Part shown: positions 37,359 to 48,304 of the stretch, one piece after another
Numbering within the stretch: position 1 is the stretch's first letter
Layout: every line of letters begins with the position of its first letter
Origin: a virus
Lineage: Duplodnaviria > Caudoviricetes
Strand: one strand, 5' to 3'
Virus record (IMG/VR): IMGVR_UViG_3300023283_000076
Span: 64,001 to 128,000 of that record
DNA length: 64,000 bases
Notes under the pieces: generated by a model
Database searches by the model: none
Told to the model about the DNA's origin: nothing
The model's input: only the letters and a program-made list of their open reading frames with translations
Program-made: the position numbers and the translations under genes

Positions 37359-37727
37359 TTATTTTTTCCAGACACATTTTTCGTTATACCACTTTGCTAC
37401 TACGGTAGTTACTATAATTTTTGAATTATTTTTTACTTTACAGATAAAGAAACATGGTCCATTATTCACTACAACGAATTTACCGTAGCGTGTAAAGTTT
37501 CTATTCAGCCAGAACGGTGATTGTTCCCATTTGTCACAAATTCTTCCTTCTTTAACTTTTTCTGCAATGATTGAATTCCACATATATTTGGAAGATACTT
37601 TACTACTGTAGAAATATAATCTAAAGCGTTCCAAGAATCTATTATGTGCGTGATGTGTAACACGAATATCTTTTATATTAGCGTTTCGCACACAGTTTTT
37701 AAGAGAGGTGGTGTTTATATGTGTCAT
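37359..37727 (-). CDS. hypothetical protein, possible RelE-like fold
   Basis: VTHHAHNRFLERF ... IIVTTV pattern. Confidence 0.55.
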   Translation of the reverse strand: MTHINTTSLKNCVRNANIKDIRVTHHAHNRFLERFRLYFYSSKVSSKYMWNSIIAEKVKEGRICDKWEQSPFWLNRNFTRYGKFVVVNNGPCFFICKVKNNSKIIVTTVVAKWYNEKCVWKK

Positions 37728-37881
37728 TGTTATTTTTCGTTATTTTAAAAATTATTAGTTATATAATTTACGATTGGTATTATACCAATTGTTGAAGGGA
37801 TTGTCAAGCTTAAATGTTATTGATTGTAATTTGGTACTTATTGTGATATACTTATTTTAGAAATTTGTTAGGAAAAGATTA

Positions 37882-38274
37882 ATGTATAAGATGGATAACA
37901 ATTTACCTATAATTGGAGATAATTTTTCGGATAATGATTTTGGTAGAATATGTAAAGAATTATATTTATTTTTAGATGAAGAAAGTCGTGCTGTAGCGGA
38001 TGATATCGGAACTGATATTGAAAAATTTAATGTATTTTTGGCACAAATTCATCATTCTTATGGTCGTTTTTTGAGGAATGAATTTCATTTATGGAATTCG
38101 GACAATCCGATTGTATTGTGGAGTAGGGAAAAATACGGAATTGATCATGCTGATGATATTTCCAGTATTATTATTGCTGGGATAATATTTAATAAAGATC
38201 ATGAATTCAGAGATTTGGTAATTGATACATTAGTTAAGCGGTTTCATAAGCATTGGAGGATGTATGGAAACTAA
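37882..38274 (+). CDS. conserved phage hypothetical protein
   Basis: GRFLRNEFHLW...HADDISSII. Confidence 0.7.
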   Translation: MYKMDNNLPIIGDNFSDNDFGRICKELYLFLDEESRAVADDIGTDIEKFNVFLAQIHHSYGRFLRNEFHLWNSDNPIVLWSREKYGIDHADDISSIIIAGIIFNKDHEFRDLVIDTLVKRFHKHWRMYGN

Positions 38275-38495
38275 AGACTTGAAGACTATAGGCGCTCTTC
38301 AGAAGGCGGTTCAATTAGCTCGTATTGCTAGTGATTGGAATTTTGATGAAGTTGAGATAGACGAAGAGATGGTTAGTATTCATGAACTAATTGAAGAATT
38401 TGAAATGGTTATTAAAGAATTTGATTGAAAAGCGGTAGTGAAATCAAAATAGTTATTGGAATAAATAATATTGTCAGAGTGTTCCCGTAAGATAT

Positions 38496-39716
38496 ATGAA
38501 TATATTAAAGATATTAAAAGAGATTGATGGTTTCACTTATAATGAACTATTTAATATTTTAAATGAGAATTACAAGATTGCGTTAGACAAATTTTCATCT
38601 GAAGCAAATACTGATACTATCAAGGATTATTTTTCTAAGTTTAAGGAACTGGGGAAGAAAAATTTGATTAACAAGGACATATCTTATTGGATTCCCAAGG
38701 GTTGGGAAAAATTTAAAGCGGCGGTAGATGATGCAGAAGGATATGGTAAGTCTAGGACTGAGCATAAGCGTAGTAAAAATGCGGGTAAATCTATTACTAT
38801 ACATGAAGATAATAGATGGTTGATTGTTATTCCGTTAGATAAAGATGCAAGTTGTTTTCATGGTCGAAATACTGATTGGTGTACTGCCAAGCCCACTGAA
38901 TTGCATTTTATCAAATATTTTAATGAAAACAATATAATACTAATTTATTTCATAGAAAAATCTTCTAATGAAAAATACGCAATCTCATTTAATGAAGATA
39001 ATAATCAGGTAGAATTGTTTGATAAGAATGACAAGAGCATTAGTAGAGAAGATTTTAAATCAGGCACTGGACGGGATCCTTTAGATATTGTTAATTTGGT
39101 TGAGGATGAGTATTTAGAAAAAATAAAATCTTGGAAACAGAATCAGAAACAAGAGCAAAAAGAAGCTAAAGCGGATATTATTAAATACCGAGATGGTGAT
39201 TATTTTAAAAAGGATGCTCCCAAGAATAAAATTGAACACTATTTGAGAAATTCTCGTGATGTTGATAACTTGTCCGCTTATATACGAACTTTTGGTTCAG
39301 ATAATCCAGAAGAAGACATATTGATGATGGATTCTGGACTATCTACACAAATACTTGGTGATAAGGCACCTGAAAAGGTAAAAAGGGCGGCTATTAATTT
39401 ATCTCCCCTGAATATTATGTATTTGGATAATCCATCTGAAGAGCTTCAATTGATGGGTATAAAAAGTTTATCAGGTATTCGTTCTGTTTTTAGTGATCCC
39501 AAAAAAGAAATTTCTGATAAAGTGGCGTTGGCTGCGATAGATAGATTGCGAGGAGCGTATAATGGAGAATATCTCAAAGATATATTTACTCCTTATCGAA
39601 ATTATTCTGAGGATGTTCAGATTGCAGCAGCGAAGAAATATCCAGAAAAAGCATTAAAGTATATCATAAATCCTACGGATAAAGTTAAAAGGATGCTACA
39701 ACATAAAACACAATAA
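38496..39716 (+). CDS. putative virion-internal protein with C-terminal helical repeats
   Basis: N-terminus MNILKILKE; FHGRNTDWCTA motif; VQIAAAKK-type repeats. Confidence 0.7.
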   Translation: MNILKILKEIDGFTYNELFNILNENYKIALDKFSSEANTDTIKDYFSKFKELGKKNLINKDISYWIPKGWEKFKAAVDDAEGYGKSRTEHKRSKNAGKSITIHEDNRWLIVIPLDKDASCFHGRNTDWCTAKPTELHFIKYFNENNIILIYFIEKSSNEKYAISFNEDNNQVELFDKNDKSISREDFKSGTGRDPLDIVNLVEDEYLEKIKSWKQNQKQEQKEAKADIIKYRDGDYFKKDAPKNKIEHYLRNSRDVDNLSAYIRTFGSDNPEEDILMMDSGLSTQILGDKAPEKVKRAAINLSPLNIMYLDNPSEELQLMGIKSLSGIRSVFSDPKKEISDKVALAAIDRLRGAYNGEYLKDIFTPYRNYSEDVQIAAAKKYPEKALKYIINPTDKVKRMLQHKTQ

Positions 39717-39836
39717 AAATATTATCTTTTTAAACTAAATAAACATTTTTTAATACAGAAAAAGGTTGATAGGTAACAGATGTCCTGATTTATGGTATTG
39801 TGACGACTATAGCTTTTTTGATTGTCGACCACGATA

Positions 39837-39844
39837 TATAAATA
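39837..39844 (+). promoter_or_regulatory. T4-like late promoter TATAAATA (others at 46849, 55980, 58172 on +; 44863, 54847, 55974 on -)
   Basis: exact octamer shortly upstream of gene starts. Confidence 0.75.
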
Positions 39845-39875
39845 AGTTTAACATATGTAAGGCATTTTATTAACG

Positions 39876-40334
39876 ATGAAAGTTGGTATTATATTAGAAA
39901 GAGTTAACGCTGAACTAGGCATATTAACCGAAATGCCTGAAAAGGATTTAAAGGTTGTTATAAATGCTCTTGAAAAAGAATTCAAGAAATATGGGTTACG
40001 TATACATTTAACAAAGCATTTTATTAATTATGCATTACATTCGGCTGCTGAAGAGCGTAAAACGGTATCTGCTGCTGATTTATATAGAACCATAATGGAA
40101 TTTTTGAATAAGCATGGCACAAGGTTTGATGAATTTAGAAAGAGCAGAAAAAACTTCAAGATTGCTATAACCAACAAGAGAACTAATTTGACGATAAACT
40201 TAGTTATTGATTATAATAAGCCGCCTAGGGATTCGAATGTTCCATATGATGCGGCGTTACAGTCTATTATAAAGAAAGATGATTATCGTGCAGATAACAA
40301 TCCGGTAGATTTTTGGTCTAAAGTAAATGTTTAA
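39876..40334 (+). CDS. late protein of unknown function
   Basis: first gene after late promoter; MKVGIILE N-terminus. Confidence 0.7.
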   Translation: MKVGIILERVNAELGILTEMPEKDLKVVINALEKEFKKYGLRIHLTKHFINYALHSAAEERKTVSAADLYRTIMEFLNKHGTRFDEFRKSRKNFKIAITNKRTNLTINLVIDYNKPPRDSNVPYDAALQSIIKKDDYRADNNPVDFWSKVNV

Positions 40335-40347
40335 GCGGGATTAATTA

Positions 40348-41265
40348 ATGAAGATATTATTAGAATTACAACAAATAATAAATGAATCTAAAGTTCCATC
40401 TATAACATTACAACAAGCTAAAGACAATAATTTATTTGGTCCGGTATATCATGGGACTGATGAAAGTGGTCGAGATAAAATAGCCAAGGATGGGTTTAGG
40501 GTTATAATGAATCGTAAAGATGCGAGGCATGGGTATCCAGATCAGCCTTATTATGGTAGGTTACCCCCGCCCATTCATCATTTGGGATATGGTGTATATT
40601 TTACTACTGTTAAAGCCATTGGTAAAAAATTTAATGACAATTCTACAAAGGGATTGGAACAATATTATTTAGATATTCCTAATTTAGAGGTCATTAATTT
40701 TGCTGCACCTAGGACGATGATGAAATGGTGGCAAGAAAACGGATATGATTTTGATCCTTCTGTAAAGGATCGTGAAGCTGAGAGAATTCGCGCTACTAAA
40801 AAAATGACAGATAATTTAGCATCGAAATATGATGCTGTATTATTTAAAGGAAAGACAATTCACAAGGTTTTGGATGGTAATCAAATATGTGTATTTGATC
40901 CTTCAAATAAAATATACAGGATAGATAATTCATCTATTCAAGACATAGAGGTTGGTGCTAAAGTAAGATTCTCTATGGATTTGGATGAGGCCAAAAAGTT
41001 AATTTTGAAAAATATAAATACTATCCGTCAAAAAGTTAATCCTTCGGGAATGTTATCCATGGATGATATCACGGTAAGAGAAGAGAAAGATTTCTGGAAT
41101 ATAAGTAACATATTACATGTTCCCAAGGATCCCAAGAATTGGGGAACTATTATAGATTCTAGAAGTAGTCCGAAAGGATTATATAATATATCATTTGATA
41201 TTAAATGGAAGAAGGGCGGTACCAAGTTTGGTTATCTCAAGCCGATGTTAGAATTACATAAATGA
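40348..41265 (+). CDS. ADP-ribosyltransferase-like domain protein
   Basis: VYHGTD, LGYGVYFTT, YDAVLF...NQICVFDP. Confidence 0.65.
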   Translation: MKILLELQQIINESKVPSITLQQAKDNNLFGPVYHGTDESGRDKIAKDGFRVIMNRKDARHGYPDQPYYGRLPPPIHHLGYGVYFTTVKAIGKKFNDNSTKGLEQYYLDIPNLEVINFAAPRTMMKWWQENGYDFDPSVKDREAERIRATKKMTDNLASKYDAVLFKGKTIHKVLDGNQICVFDPSNKIYRIDNSSIQDIEVGAKVRFSMDLDEAKKLILKNINTIRQKVNPSGMLSMDDITVREEKDFWNISNILHVPKDPKNWGTIIDSRSSPKGLYNISFDIKWKKGGTKFGYLKPMLELHK

Positions 41266-41275
41266 TATATAAGCC

Positions 41276-41992
41276 ATGGATATTAAAAAACTAATTGAAA
41301 TAATTGAACCCAGAGTTAGTGATAAAAACATATCTAAAGATTTTACATCTGACGATGATAAAAAGATACAACAATCATTACAAAAGAGAGAATTAGGTTC
41401 TGGAAATTATTCTTCGGTTGCGCCTGATCGTGGTGATTCACATATGGTAAAGAAAACCTCTTATGGTTATTTAGACTCTGACAGAGAGGATCCATATTGG
41501 TTATATGTTAATCATATTATTAAAAATAAATTATGGGAGAATCCATATTTTCCTAGAATATATAAGCAGCGTAACGTGAAAGACTCTTCTGGTCATGTTG
41601 TCAAGCGTGCTCAAATGGAAAAGCTGGAACCGGTATCCGTATTATCTGATGAAGAATTGAAAGCCTTATTTCATAAAGTTTTAGGGATTTCTGACTATGA
41701 TAAATGGGCAAAAAGAACTGATAATATTGATAAGAATGTTAAAGATGTTGTAATAAATACAATATTGGATATAACGGAAGATGTCATAAAAACGGGTTCA
41801 TATAAAACATTTGCAACGTTTGCTATTGATGAATCTGATATTGATGACAATTTTAAAAGGGCATTAAATATATTATATAACTTATCTAAAACGGATAATA
41901 TATTTATGGGGCTTGATCTTTACGAGGATAATGTTATGGTTCGACGTGGTAAATATGGTTCACAATTAGTATTCACAGATATATTTGCATGA
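41276..41992 (+). CDS. protein kinase-like protein; paralog of 54093..54812
   Basis: LGSGNYSSV, MVKK, FPRIY, MEKL, DLYEDNVM, VFTD. Confidence 0.7.
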   Translation: MDIKKLIEIIEPRVSDKNISKDFTSDDDKKIQQSLQKRELGSGNYSSVAPDRGDSHMVKKTSYGYLDSDREDPYWLYVNHIIKNKLWENPYFPRIYKQRNVKDSSGHVVKRAQMEKLEPVSVLSDEELKALFHKVLGISDYDKWAKRTDNIDKNVKDVVINTILDITEDVIKTGSYKTFATFAIDESDIDDNFKRALNILYNLSKTDNIFMGLDLYEDNVMVRRGKYGSQLVFTDIFA

Positions 41993-42906
41993 AAATACAA
42001 AATATTTTTTTAACAGAAGCCATTTCTCCGATAGTGTTTCATCACACAAATTTGAGAAATTTATATGATATATTAACCAATAACAGAATAGAACTATCCC
42101 CCGGCGGTTTCACAAAAGATGTAGAAGTTCAGAAAGGTAAGGGAGGATATTTTTTATCTACTTCCAGAACTAGAACTGGAGGGTTCCATGTTACAAAACT
42201 CACCGGTGCATTAATAAAGTTAGATGGTAAAAAGCTATCGAATAATCTTGCTGGTAAAGCCATGGACTATTATCCTGATCATATGCGCCAATATAATCCT
42301 AGAGGTTTTGAACAAGAGGATCGTATATTTTCTCATAAACCTGTAATAGAAAACATTCAAAAATATATATTAAGGATTGACATTCTTATTTCCGATAATG
42401 TTGGGAGTGATATGTTTAAAAAGTATATCAATCAATTAGCATATATGGCGTATTCATTTGGAAAGAAGAATAACATTGATGTAAACATTTATGATAATAA
42501 AAAGAGTTTTATCAGTGGGTCAAATAATACGTTATCTTTTGAAGATATAAAGAAATTAAATACTAAAGACAAGACTGCCACGGAGGATAACAGGCGAAGT
42601 ATTAGTAAAAATGAATTAGATGAATTACGATTCATATATAAAGCACTTGCTTTCGATGATTTTAATAGATTATCTTCTAAAGAACAGGATACTATGAAAA
42701 AATATTTAAGATATTTTGAATCTGAAAAAAACAATCCGGGTGGTTTGATTACCACGCTTCATAACGTCACAAATACTCCCAAGGCTAAAAACATATTACA
42801 TAAAATATATGAAAAGATGAGGGGTTATGGTATAAAAAATATTAATCCTCAAAAAATTACTAAAGCCATTTATATAAAATGGAAACATATATTAGGTCCA
42901 GTTTAA
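41989..42906 (+). CDS. possible ART-like domain protein
   Basis: VFHHTN...DIL...YFLSTSRT. Confidence 0.45.
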   Translation: MKIQNIFLTEAISPIVFHHTNLRNLYDILTNNRIELSPGGFTKDVEVQKGKGGYFLSTSRTRTGGFHVTKLTGALIKLDGKKLSNNLAGKAMDYYPDHMRQYNPRGFEQEDRIFSHKPVIENIQKYILRIDILISDNVGSDMFKKYINQLAYMAYSFGKKNNIDVNIYDNKKSFISGSNNTLSFEDIKKLNTKDKTATEDNRRSISKNELDELRFIYKALAFDDFNRLSSKEQDTMKKYLRYFESEKNNPGGLITTLHNVTNTPKAKNILHKIYEKMRGYGIKNINPQKITKAIYIKWKHILGPV

Positions 42907-42976
42907 TTTTTTAACTTGACAATTTTTAGAATAGATACTATTATGTTACTTAATAATTGTAAAGAGGTATATTATT

Positions 42977-43219
42977 ATGGATAGTAAACAATTTAATAGA
43001 ATAAGGTCTAATGCATTAGATGAAGCATCTATGGAACACAGAAACCAAACGTTAAAAATAAATAAAATCACAAAAGAGTTAGATGAAGCGGGAGACATTA
43101 TTAATTCATTGATTGATAATTATGCGTTAAGAGAGAATGGTGTTTTTTTGCCTTATTCGAAGCAGCCAACTGAAATTCAGTCTGCGATAGATTTTGTAAC
43201 TGAGGTTACAAGTAATTAA
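42977..43219 (+). CDS. hypothetical protein
   Basis: TTGACA promoter, GAGG SD. Confidence 0.6.
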   Translation: MDSKQFNRIRSNALDEASMEHRNQTLKINKITKELDEAGDIINSLIDNYALRENGVFLPYSKQPTEIQSAIDFVTEVTSN

Positions 43220-43453
43220 GACAGGGTACAATAGTATTACGGCGAATGGAATTGGATAATATTAAAGGATATTTAATATGAAAAGAAAGCATCATGATGA
43301 AATAGTGGAAGAGAGTTATAGAGAAAAAGTTTTGGGGCCTCGGGCTAGAAATGTTGGAAAATCTAGGACTAAAAGTAAAAAGCACAAGAGGCCATCTTGC
43401 TCTATGTTACTTAAAAGTGCAATGAGAAAAGTTATGATAAAATAGTTATTCTT

Positions 43454-44164
43454 TTAGAGTTCAGATAAGTCTTTAACTGAATTTATTTTATTTTCAAACG
43501 CGACACATGCTTCACCACGATCTTTTAATAATTTTTCAAAATCTCTAAAGCGTATATACGCAATACCATGAAAGCCCCATGTAGAACCCCAAGAATTTTT
43601 AATTCTAAATAGTTCTTTATCCATATTTACGCCATTGAGAAGATATGCATGTCCTCCTGCGTTTCTTCCGGAAGGTCGTATTATATGCTGGGCACTGGTG
43701 GGATGATTCATTCCATCCGTCCATTTGGTACCAACAACCATAGGCCCCAGATATAACAAAGAATTAATAACATCATCTATAGTCTGAGCCCACCTATATT
43801 CTTTTACTATTCCCAATTTTTGAAACGTTTTGGCCCCTGCTCTAACTGTAGTTCCCTCATAATTAACGCCTTGTATATCATCATTTTGTTTAAATATTTC
43901 ATATAGTTGTGTAGTATCATATATTGGTTTTTGTCGGCCTACAATAGTATCTTGAATGACTGGACCATCTTCAAACCAATGTGACCAGCTATATGCCACG
44001 CATTCAGAACTTGCGCCCTGATTTCCTGTCCATCCATCAGCCCACCAAAATTTTTCCTTAATACTGGGCATATCAACAGTTTGTATAACTTCATTTACCG
44101 GGAAATTTAAATCCCTACTATCTTCTTTGTAAATTCTACCAAACCATGGCATTTCCTGACTCAT
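43454..44164 (-). CDS. papain-family (C1A) cysteine peptidase
   Basis: QGASSECVAYS, GGHAYLL, KNSWG..WG..G. Confidence 0.85.
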   Translation of the reverse strand: MSQEMPWFGRIYKEDSRDLNFPVNEVIQTVDMPSIKEKFWWADGWTGNQGASSECVAYSWSHWFEDGPVIQDTIVGRQKPIYDTTQLYEIFKQNDDIQGVNYEGTTVRAGAKTFQKLGIVKEYRWAQTIDDVINSLLYLGPMVVGTKWTDGMNHPTSAQHIIRPSGRNAGGHAYLLNGVNMDKELFRIKNSWGSTWGFHGIAYIRFRDFEKLLKDRGEACVAFENKINSVKDLSEL

Positions 44165-44198
44165 AATTCAAATTCCGTTAAGTTATTGTTTGTTGTAT

Positions 44199-44825
44199 TT
44201 ATCTCTTTTTATTTTGAGATGTTTTATATTTTGTTATGGCTTTATCATGGTTTATTTTTAATGTTTCCAACAAAGAAGCATAATCTTGTGGAAGTTCTAA
44301 TGTTTGCATTTTGAAAGTGGTCACAACATTATCTTTTTCGGAGCCGAATAAATATCTTAGATATGATGGGGTAATTTTAGGTTCATACGCTACAAAAACT
44401 ATACTACCATTTTCTAATTTATTTTGATAACTATGTGCAGCACTGAGGCGCGTGAGAACAACTTCTTTTAGATTACTTCCATTTCCGGTTCTAGCGTCAT
44501 ATGACTTTAATTTTGTTATCAAGGGATATATTTTTTTATATACTGGGGCTTTTTCAGATAATGGCTTCCAGTACGGTACGTCCATACAACGCATTAATAA
44601 AGATGTTAATTTAACTCGTGATGCTTCATGTATTCTATCTATTACAGAAGGTGATATGGTGGATAATTTATTGGCAGTAGTAACTACAATATCAACAGCA
44701 TTAACTCGCCGTTTAATTTTTTTCCATTCATTATACATTTGATTTATTATATCAATGGAATATTTAATTTCTTTATTCGCAGTTTTTTCTGCTTCCATTA
44801 AGGAAAATTCTTTAAATAGCTTCAT
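44199..44825 (-). CDS. late protein of unknown function
   Basis: TATAAATA upstream; MKLFKEFSLME N-terminus. Confidence 0.65.
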   Translation of the reverse strand: MKLFKEFSLMEAEKTANKEIKYSIDIINQMYNEWKKIKRRVNAVDIVVTTANKLSTISPSVIDRIHEASRVKLTSLLMRCMDVPYWKPLSEKAPVYKKIYPLITKLKSYDARTGNGSNLKEVVLTRLSAAHSYQNKLENGSIVFVAYEPKITPSYLRYLFGSEKDNVVTTFKMQTLELPQDYASLLETLKINHDKAITKYKTSQNKKR

Positions 44826-44875
44826 TCTATTATAAAATACATAAATATTTTTATCTAACAGGTATTTATAGTACT

Positions 44876-45160
44876 ATGAGCACATTTAAAACACTTACGG
44901 AAGAGGAATCGAAAAAGGTTTCGGCAATTAAGCCAAAAATTTATGAAGCGGTGGCCGCTAAACAAATGAATGAAATGGTTCCTTGTGACAAAAACAACCC
45001 CGCAAACTATGGCGGGGTAAATTTCTTTTTTTATCATGACAGTAATGGATCTTACATAATGTGGGATAAGCATGTAAACGAATGGAATGAAAAAGCCATA
45101 ATGCGTGATATATATGAGCAAGAACACTACATTGCAAAGTTAAAGGGATTAGTTGATTAA
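44876..45160 (+). CDS. hypothetical protein
   Basis: MSTFKTLTEE N-terminus. Confidence 0.6.
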   Translation: MSTFKTLTEEESKKVSAIKPKIYEAVAAKQMNEMVPCDKNNPANYGGVNFFFYHDSNGSYIMWDKHVNEWNEKAIMRDIYEQEHYIAKLKGLVD

Positions 45161-45345
45161 AGTTAAAATAATCCAATATAATCCCACTGGCCACATTATC
45201 CCTGATTGTAATGCTTCTTTAAGATCCTTAGTTTGATACAATACAATGCTAAAAGCTATAATAGTTCCAGCGGTCCATATCGCCAATAATATTAACAGTA
45301 TTGTTATAATTAATTCTAAATTCATTTATATTACCTTATTTTTTA

Positions 45346-45672
45346 TTAACTTACTAAATGTATTCCGCTAACCATTTCTCGATATTGTTTTTGTATATCT
45401 TTAGTAGGTCTAGCAGCGAACAATATATCCCTTTCATGTAAGTTGAGCATTGCATCTTTTGGGTCTCCTTCCATCATTAGACTCAGCGCATGCAAACCTG
45501 TAGCCAATTCTCCATTCTCATCTCTTTGCATTTGAATCAAGAATGGTGATGTAACCGTGAAACTATCAATATTTGATTTTTTTATTAGTTTATCTGCCAC
45601 ATCACCATCAACTTTGCATATAATTTCTGCAAAGCTAGCACTTAACTTTAATAATATTACTTCATCTTTCAT
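45346..45672 (-). CDS. conserved T4-like hypothetical protein (possible Sm-like fold)
   Basis: ILLKLS...EIICKV...P...QYREMVSGI pattern. Confidence 0.5.
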   Translation of the reverse strand: MKDEVILLKLSASFAEIICKVDGDVADKLIKKSNIDSFTVTSPFLIQMQRDENGELATGLHALSLMMEGDPKDAMLNLHERDILFAARPTKDIQKQYREMVSGIHLVS

Positions 45673-45683
45673 TTTTTTCTCCT

Positions 45684-46775
45684 TTAGTTTCCTATTGTAT
45701 TTGATTCGTTTATTGTATTATGCGTGTTATTTACTTTAATAAAAGTTGTACGTTTAGGTAGTTCTTTTATTTTATTTGCTCCCACATATGTACAGCAGCT
45801 ACGTATACCACCCAATATATCTTTAATTACAGTTTCAGTTGGTCCAGTTAATGGTATTAAAGCAGTTCTACCCTCACTACTACGATAATCTTTTAACCCA
45901 GTTCCATATTTATCCTGTGCAGTTTTAGATGACATACCATAATATACTCCATAGGTTACTGTTTTTCCATTTTCTGAAACGGTAGTTTTTTTGCAATCAG
46001 CTTCATTAGTACCAGCAAAGAATGAGCCAGACATAATAATATCTGCACCGGCACCAAATGCTTTTGCAAAATCTCCAACGTGAACACACCCACCATCTGA
46101 TATAATATGTCCCCCCAAACCATGGGCAGCGTCAGAACATGCATGTATTGCTGAAAGCTGGGGATACCCAACTCCAGCTTTCAGACGAGTGCTACATACG
46201 GAGCCATTTCCCACGCCTATTTTAACAACATCTGCTCCTGCGAAAATCAATGCTTCAGTCATATCAGGAGTAACTACATTTCCAGCGGTTATGACGGCAT
46301 TCGGAAAATCATCACGTATGCGCTTAATATGATCAACAAACTTTTCAGAATACCCATTGGCAACATCAATCATTATATTGGGTACTTCAGCGCTTAATTC
46401 TTTTCGCAAAAATGCGTTAACATCGTGGAGGATATTATAGGAATCATTATCTATGCCTATAGGAAAAAACATATGATCTAAATAATCATTAATTTTATTT
46501 TCCATTGAACGCAATTTTTTTATCCATTTATCAGTATCATGAAATTTATGTATTGTATATAAACAATTATAATTTTGTAATACATCTGCAACTCCGAATG
46601 TACCACATGTACCCATATTAGAATTCATTATTGGAATAGCGGTTATAGTCTTATTACTATGTTTAAAAGTCAATGATCGTTTAAGTGATACATCCTTTCT
46701 AGATTCTAATGCACTTCTCTTGGGACGTATCAAGACATCTGAAAAATCCAGCTTTACATCTTCTTCTATTCTCAT
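45684..46775 (-). CDS. guaC: GMP reductase
   Basis: MRIEEDVKLDFSDVLIRPKRS, IDVANGYS, GNVVT, GVGNGSVCSTR, GVGYPQLSA, SDGG, YGMSS, YRSSEG. Confidence 0.93.
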   Translation of the reverse strand: MRIEEDVKLDFSDVLIRPKRSALESRKDVSLKRSLTFKHSNKTITAIPIMNSNMGTCGTFGVADVLQNYNCLYTIHKFHDTDKWIKKLRSMENKINDYLDHMFFPIGIDNDSYNILHDVNAFLRKELSAEVPNIMIDVANGYSEKFVDHIKRIRDDFPNAVITAGNVVTPDMTEALIFAGADVVKIGVGNGSVCSTRLKAGVGYPQLSAIHACSDAAHGLGGHIISDGGCVHVGDFAKAFGAGADIIMSGSFFAGTNEADCKKTTVSENGKTVTYGVYYGMSSKTAQDKYGTGLKDYRSSEGRTALIPLTGPTETVIKDILGGIRSCCTYVGANKIKELPKRTTFIKVNNTHNTINESNTIGN

Positions 46776-46887
46776 ATATCTTGTTCCTTTGTTGGAATAG
46801 CAATATTAATATCTTAAGCCTTTATTGTCAACATTTATACACAAATCATATAAATAAAGTGTAAATGAACTACAAAGGTAAGTCGAA

Positions 46888-47451
46888 ATGAGCGAACTTT
46901 ATAATATCATAACTGAATTTGATGTTAGAATGACGGATAATGAAGAAGATGATACCGAGAACACTGGACTAGATTTTGAAAAAGAATTCGGCCCTGATCG
47001 TCATGGTAAGAGTATGACAGGTGATGATGTTAATGGACGAGATGACATCGAGGGTATGGGATCATCTGAAAATGGTGAAATGTCCTTCGACAGTGACGAT
47101 GATTTTGGAATGAATTATGGTAGTAAAGACCCTGACGACAGTGAGGATTATGATAGTGAAGAAAATGATATGTTTGCTGGGGAAAAGAGAACTGATATAA
47201 CTCACAAACTTAAGCAGATGCTTAAAAATCGTGGTATGTACAAAGATCTAGAAAGTGACAACGATGGGGAAGGTAGTGAAGAGCTTCCTGATTTAGATGA
47301 TCTTGATCTAGATTTAAGTGCCGATAGCGATTATGAGGAAGATGATGAAGATCCAGATTTTGACTATAGTGCATTTTCCGATGAAAGAAAGTCAGATCCC
47401 GAATCTGATAAAGAAGATAACGAATTTAACTTCGGTCCGGGAAACAGATAA
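46888..47451 (+). CDS. highly acidic late protein (possible head core/internal)
   Basis: TATAAATA at 46849; D/E-rich; MSELYNIITE. Confidence 0.7.
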   Translation: MSELYNIITEFDVRMTDNEEDDTENTGLDFEKEFGPDRHGKSMTGDDVNGRDDIEGMGSSENGEMSFDSDDDFGMNYGSKDPDDSEDYDSEENDMFAGEKRTDITHKLKQMLKNRGMYKDLESDNDGEGSEELPDLDDLDLDLSADSDYEEDDEDPDFDYSAFSDERKSDPESDKEDNEFNFGPGNR

Positions 47452-47478
47452 ATAAACATACAAAAGAGCAAAAATACT

Positions 47479-47880
47479 ATGAAAAATATTAATGTTTACA
47501 GTCTATTAGTTGAAGCTAAGGTTAATGATAATATCAATATAACTAAAAAGCAGTTCAACACTATACTCAAAGATATAAAGGAAGAAAAGGAGCTTTTTGA
47601 AACCCAATTCTCCGTTATAAATGAAGATCACAATATTGATACATCCGATATTAAAAAGGGATTCAGTAGGGCAGCAAAATCTTTGAAAGAAGCAAAAGCG
47701 CTAATTGAAGAGGCTGAAAAAAATAAGAGAAATAGTAATTTAAAGACTGCTAATGATCTTATAAAAAAAGCTCACAAGCACTTGAAATCTACTAAGAAGC
47801 TGTCTGAGAAAAATACAGAATCTTTTCATTCAGTTGTAACTATCGCTGAAAGTCTGGAGTCAGAAAGCAAAAATATATAA
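47479..47880 (+). CDS. charged helical late protein (possible head internal)
   Basis: MKNINVYSLLVE N-terminus; same late operon. Confidence 0.65.
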   Translation: MKNINVYSLLVEAKVNDNINITKKQFNTILKDIKEEKELFETQFSVINEDHNIDTSDIKKGFSRAAKSLKEAKALIEEAEKNKRNSNLKTANDLIKKAHKHLKSTKKLSEKNTESFHSVVTIAESLESESKNI

Positions 47881-47944
47881 TTTAACTATATAATTAATAA
47901 AAAGGGGGCGATGCCCCCTTTTTATTTCCCTTTTTTATCATGCA

Positions 47945-48304
47945 TTAAAATAATTGTGAAGAGATTTCATCTGTACGTATTGATCGTCTAATTCCGTTAC
48001 CAGAGCGAAGATTGTAATATTTGGTCTTATAACTTCCCTTTTTAGCTGTGGGTTTTAAAAATTTATTTCGGCTAATAGACCAAATTTTGTTATTGGGATA
48101 CGCAATATAATTGGAATACCCCGGAATCGCCTTTGGCATAGGAACATCCGAATAACTATCTCCAGATGCTACTCTACGAACGGTGGACGGAGAGGATTTA
48201 TATTTCTTGGCAACCGCTGTAGTGCCAGTATTTTCAATGTTTACGGCGTGACGTATGTTACATACCTGATTAGTATTAAATTTTCTCATATAGTTTAACT
48301 CCAT
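47945..48304 (-). CDS. NUMOD4-like DNA-binding protein with N-terminal HTH
   Basis: IPGYSNYIAYPNNKIWSI; KKYKSSPSTVRRV. Confidence 0.6.
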   Translation of the reverse strand: MELNYMRKFNTNQVCNIRHAVNIENTGTTAVAKKYKSSPSTVRRVASGDSYSDVPMPKAIPGYSNYIAYPNNKIWSISRNKFLKPTAKKGSYKTKYYNLRSGNGIRRSIRTDEISSQLF

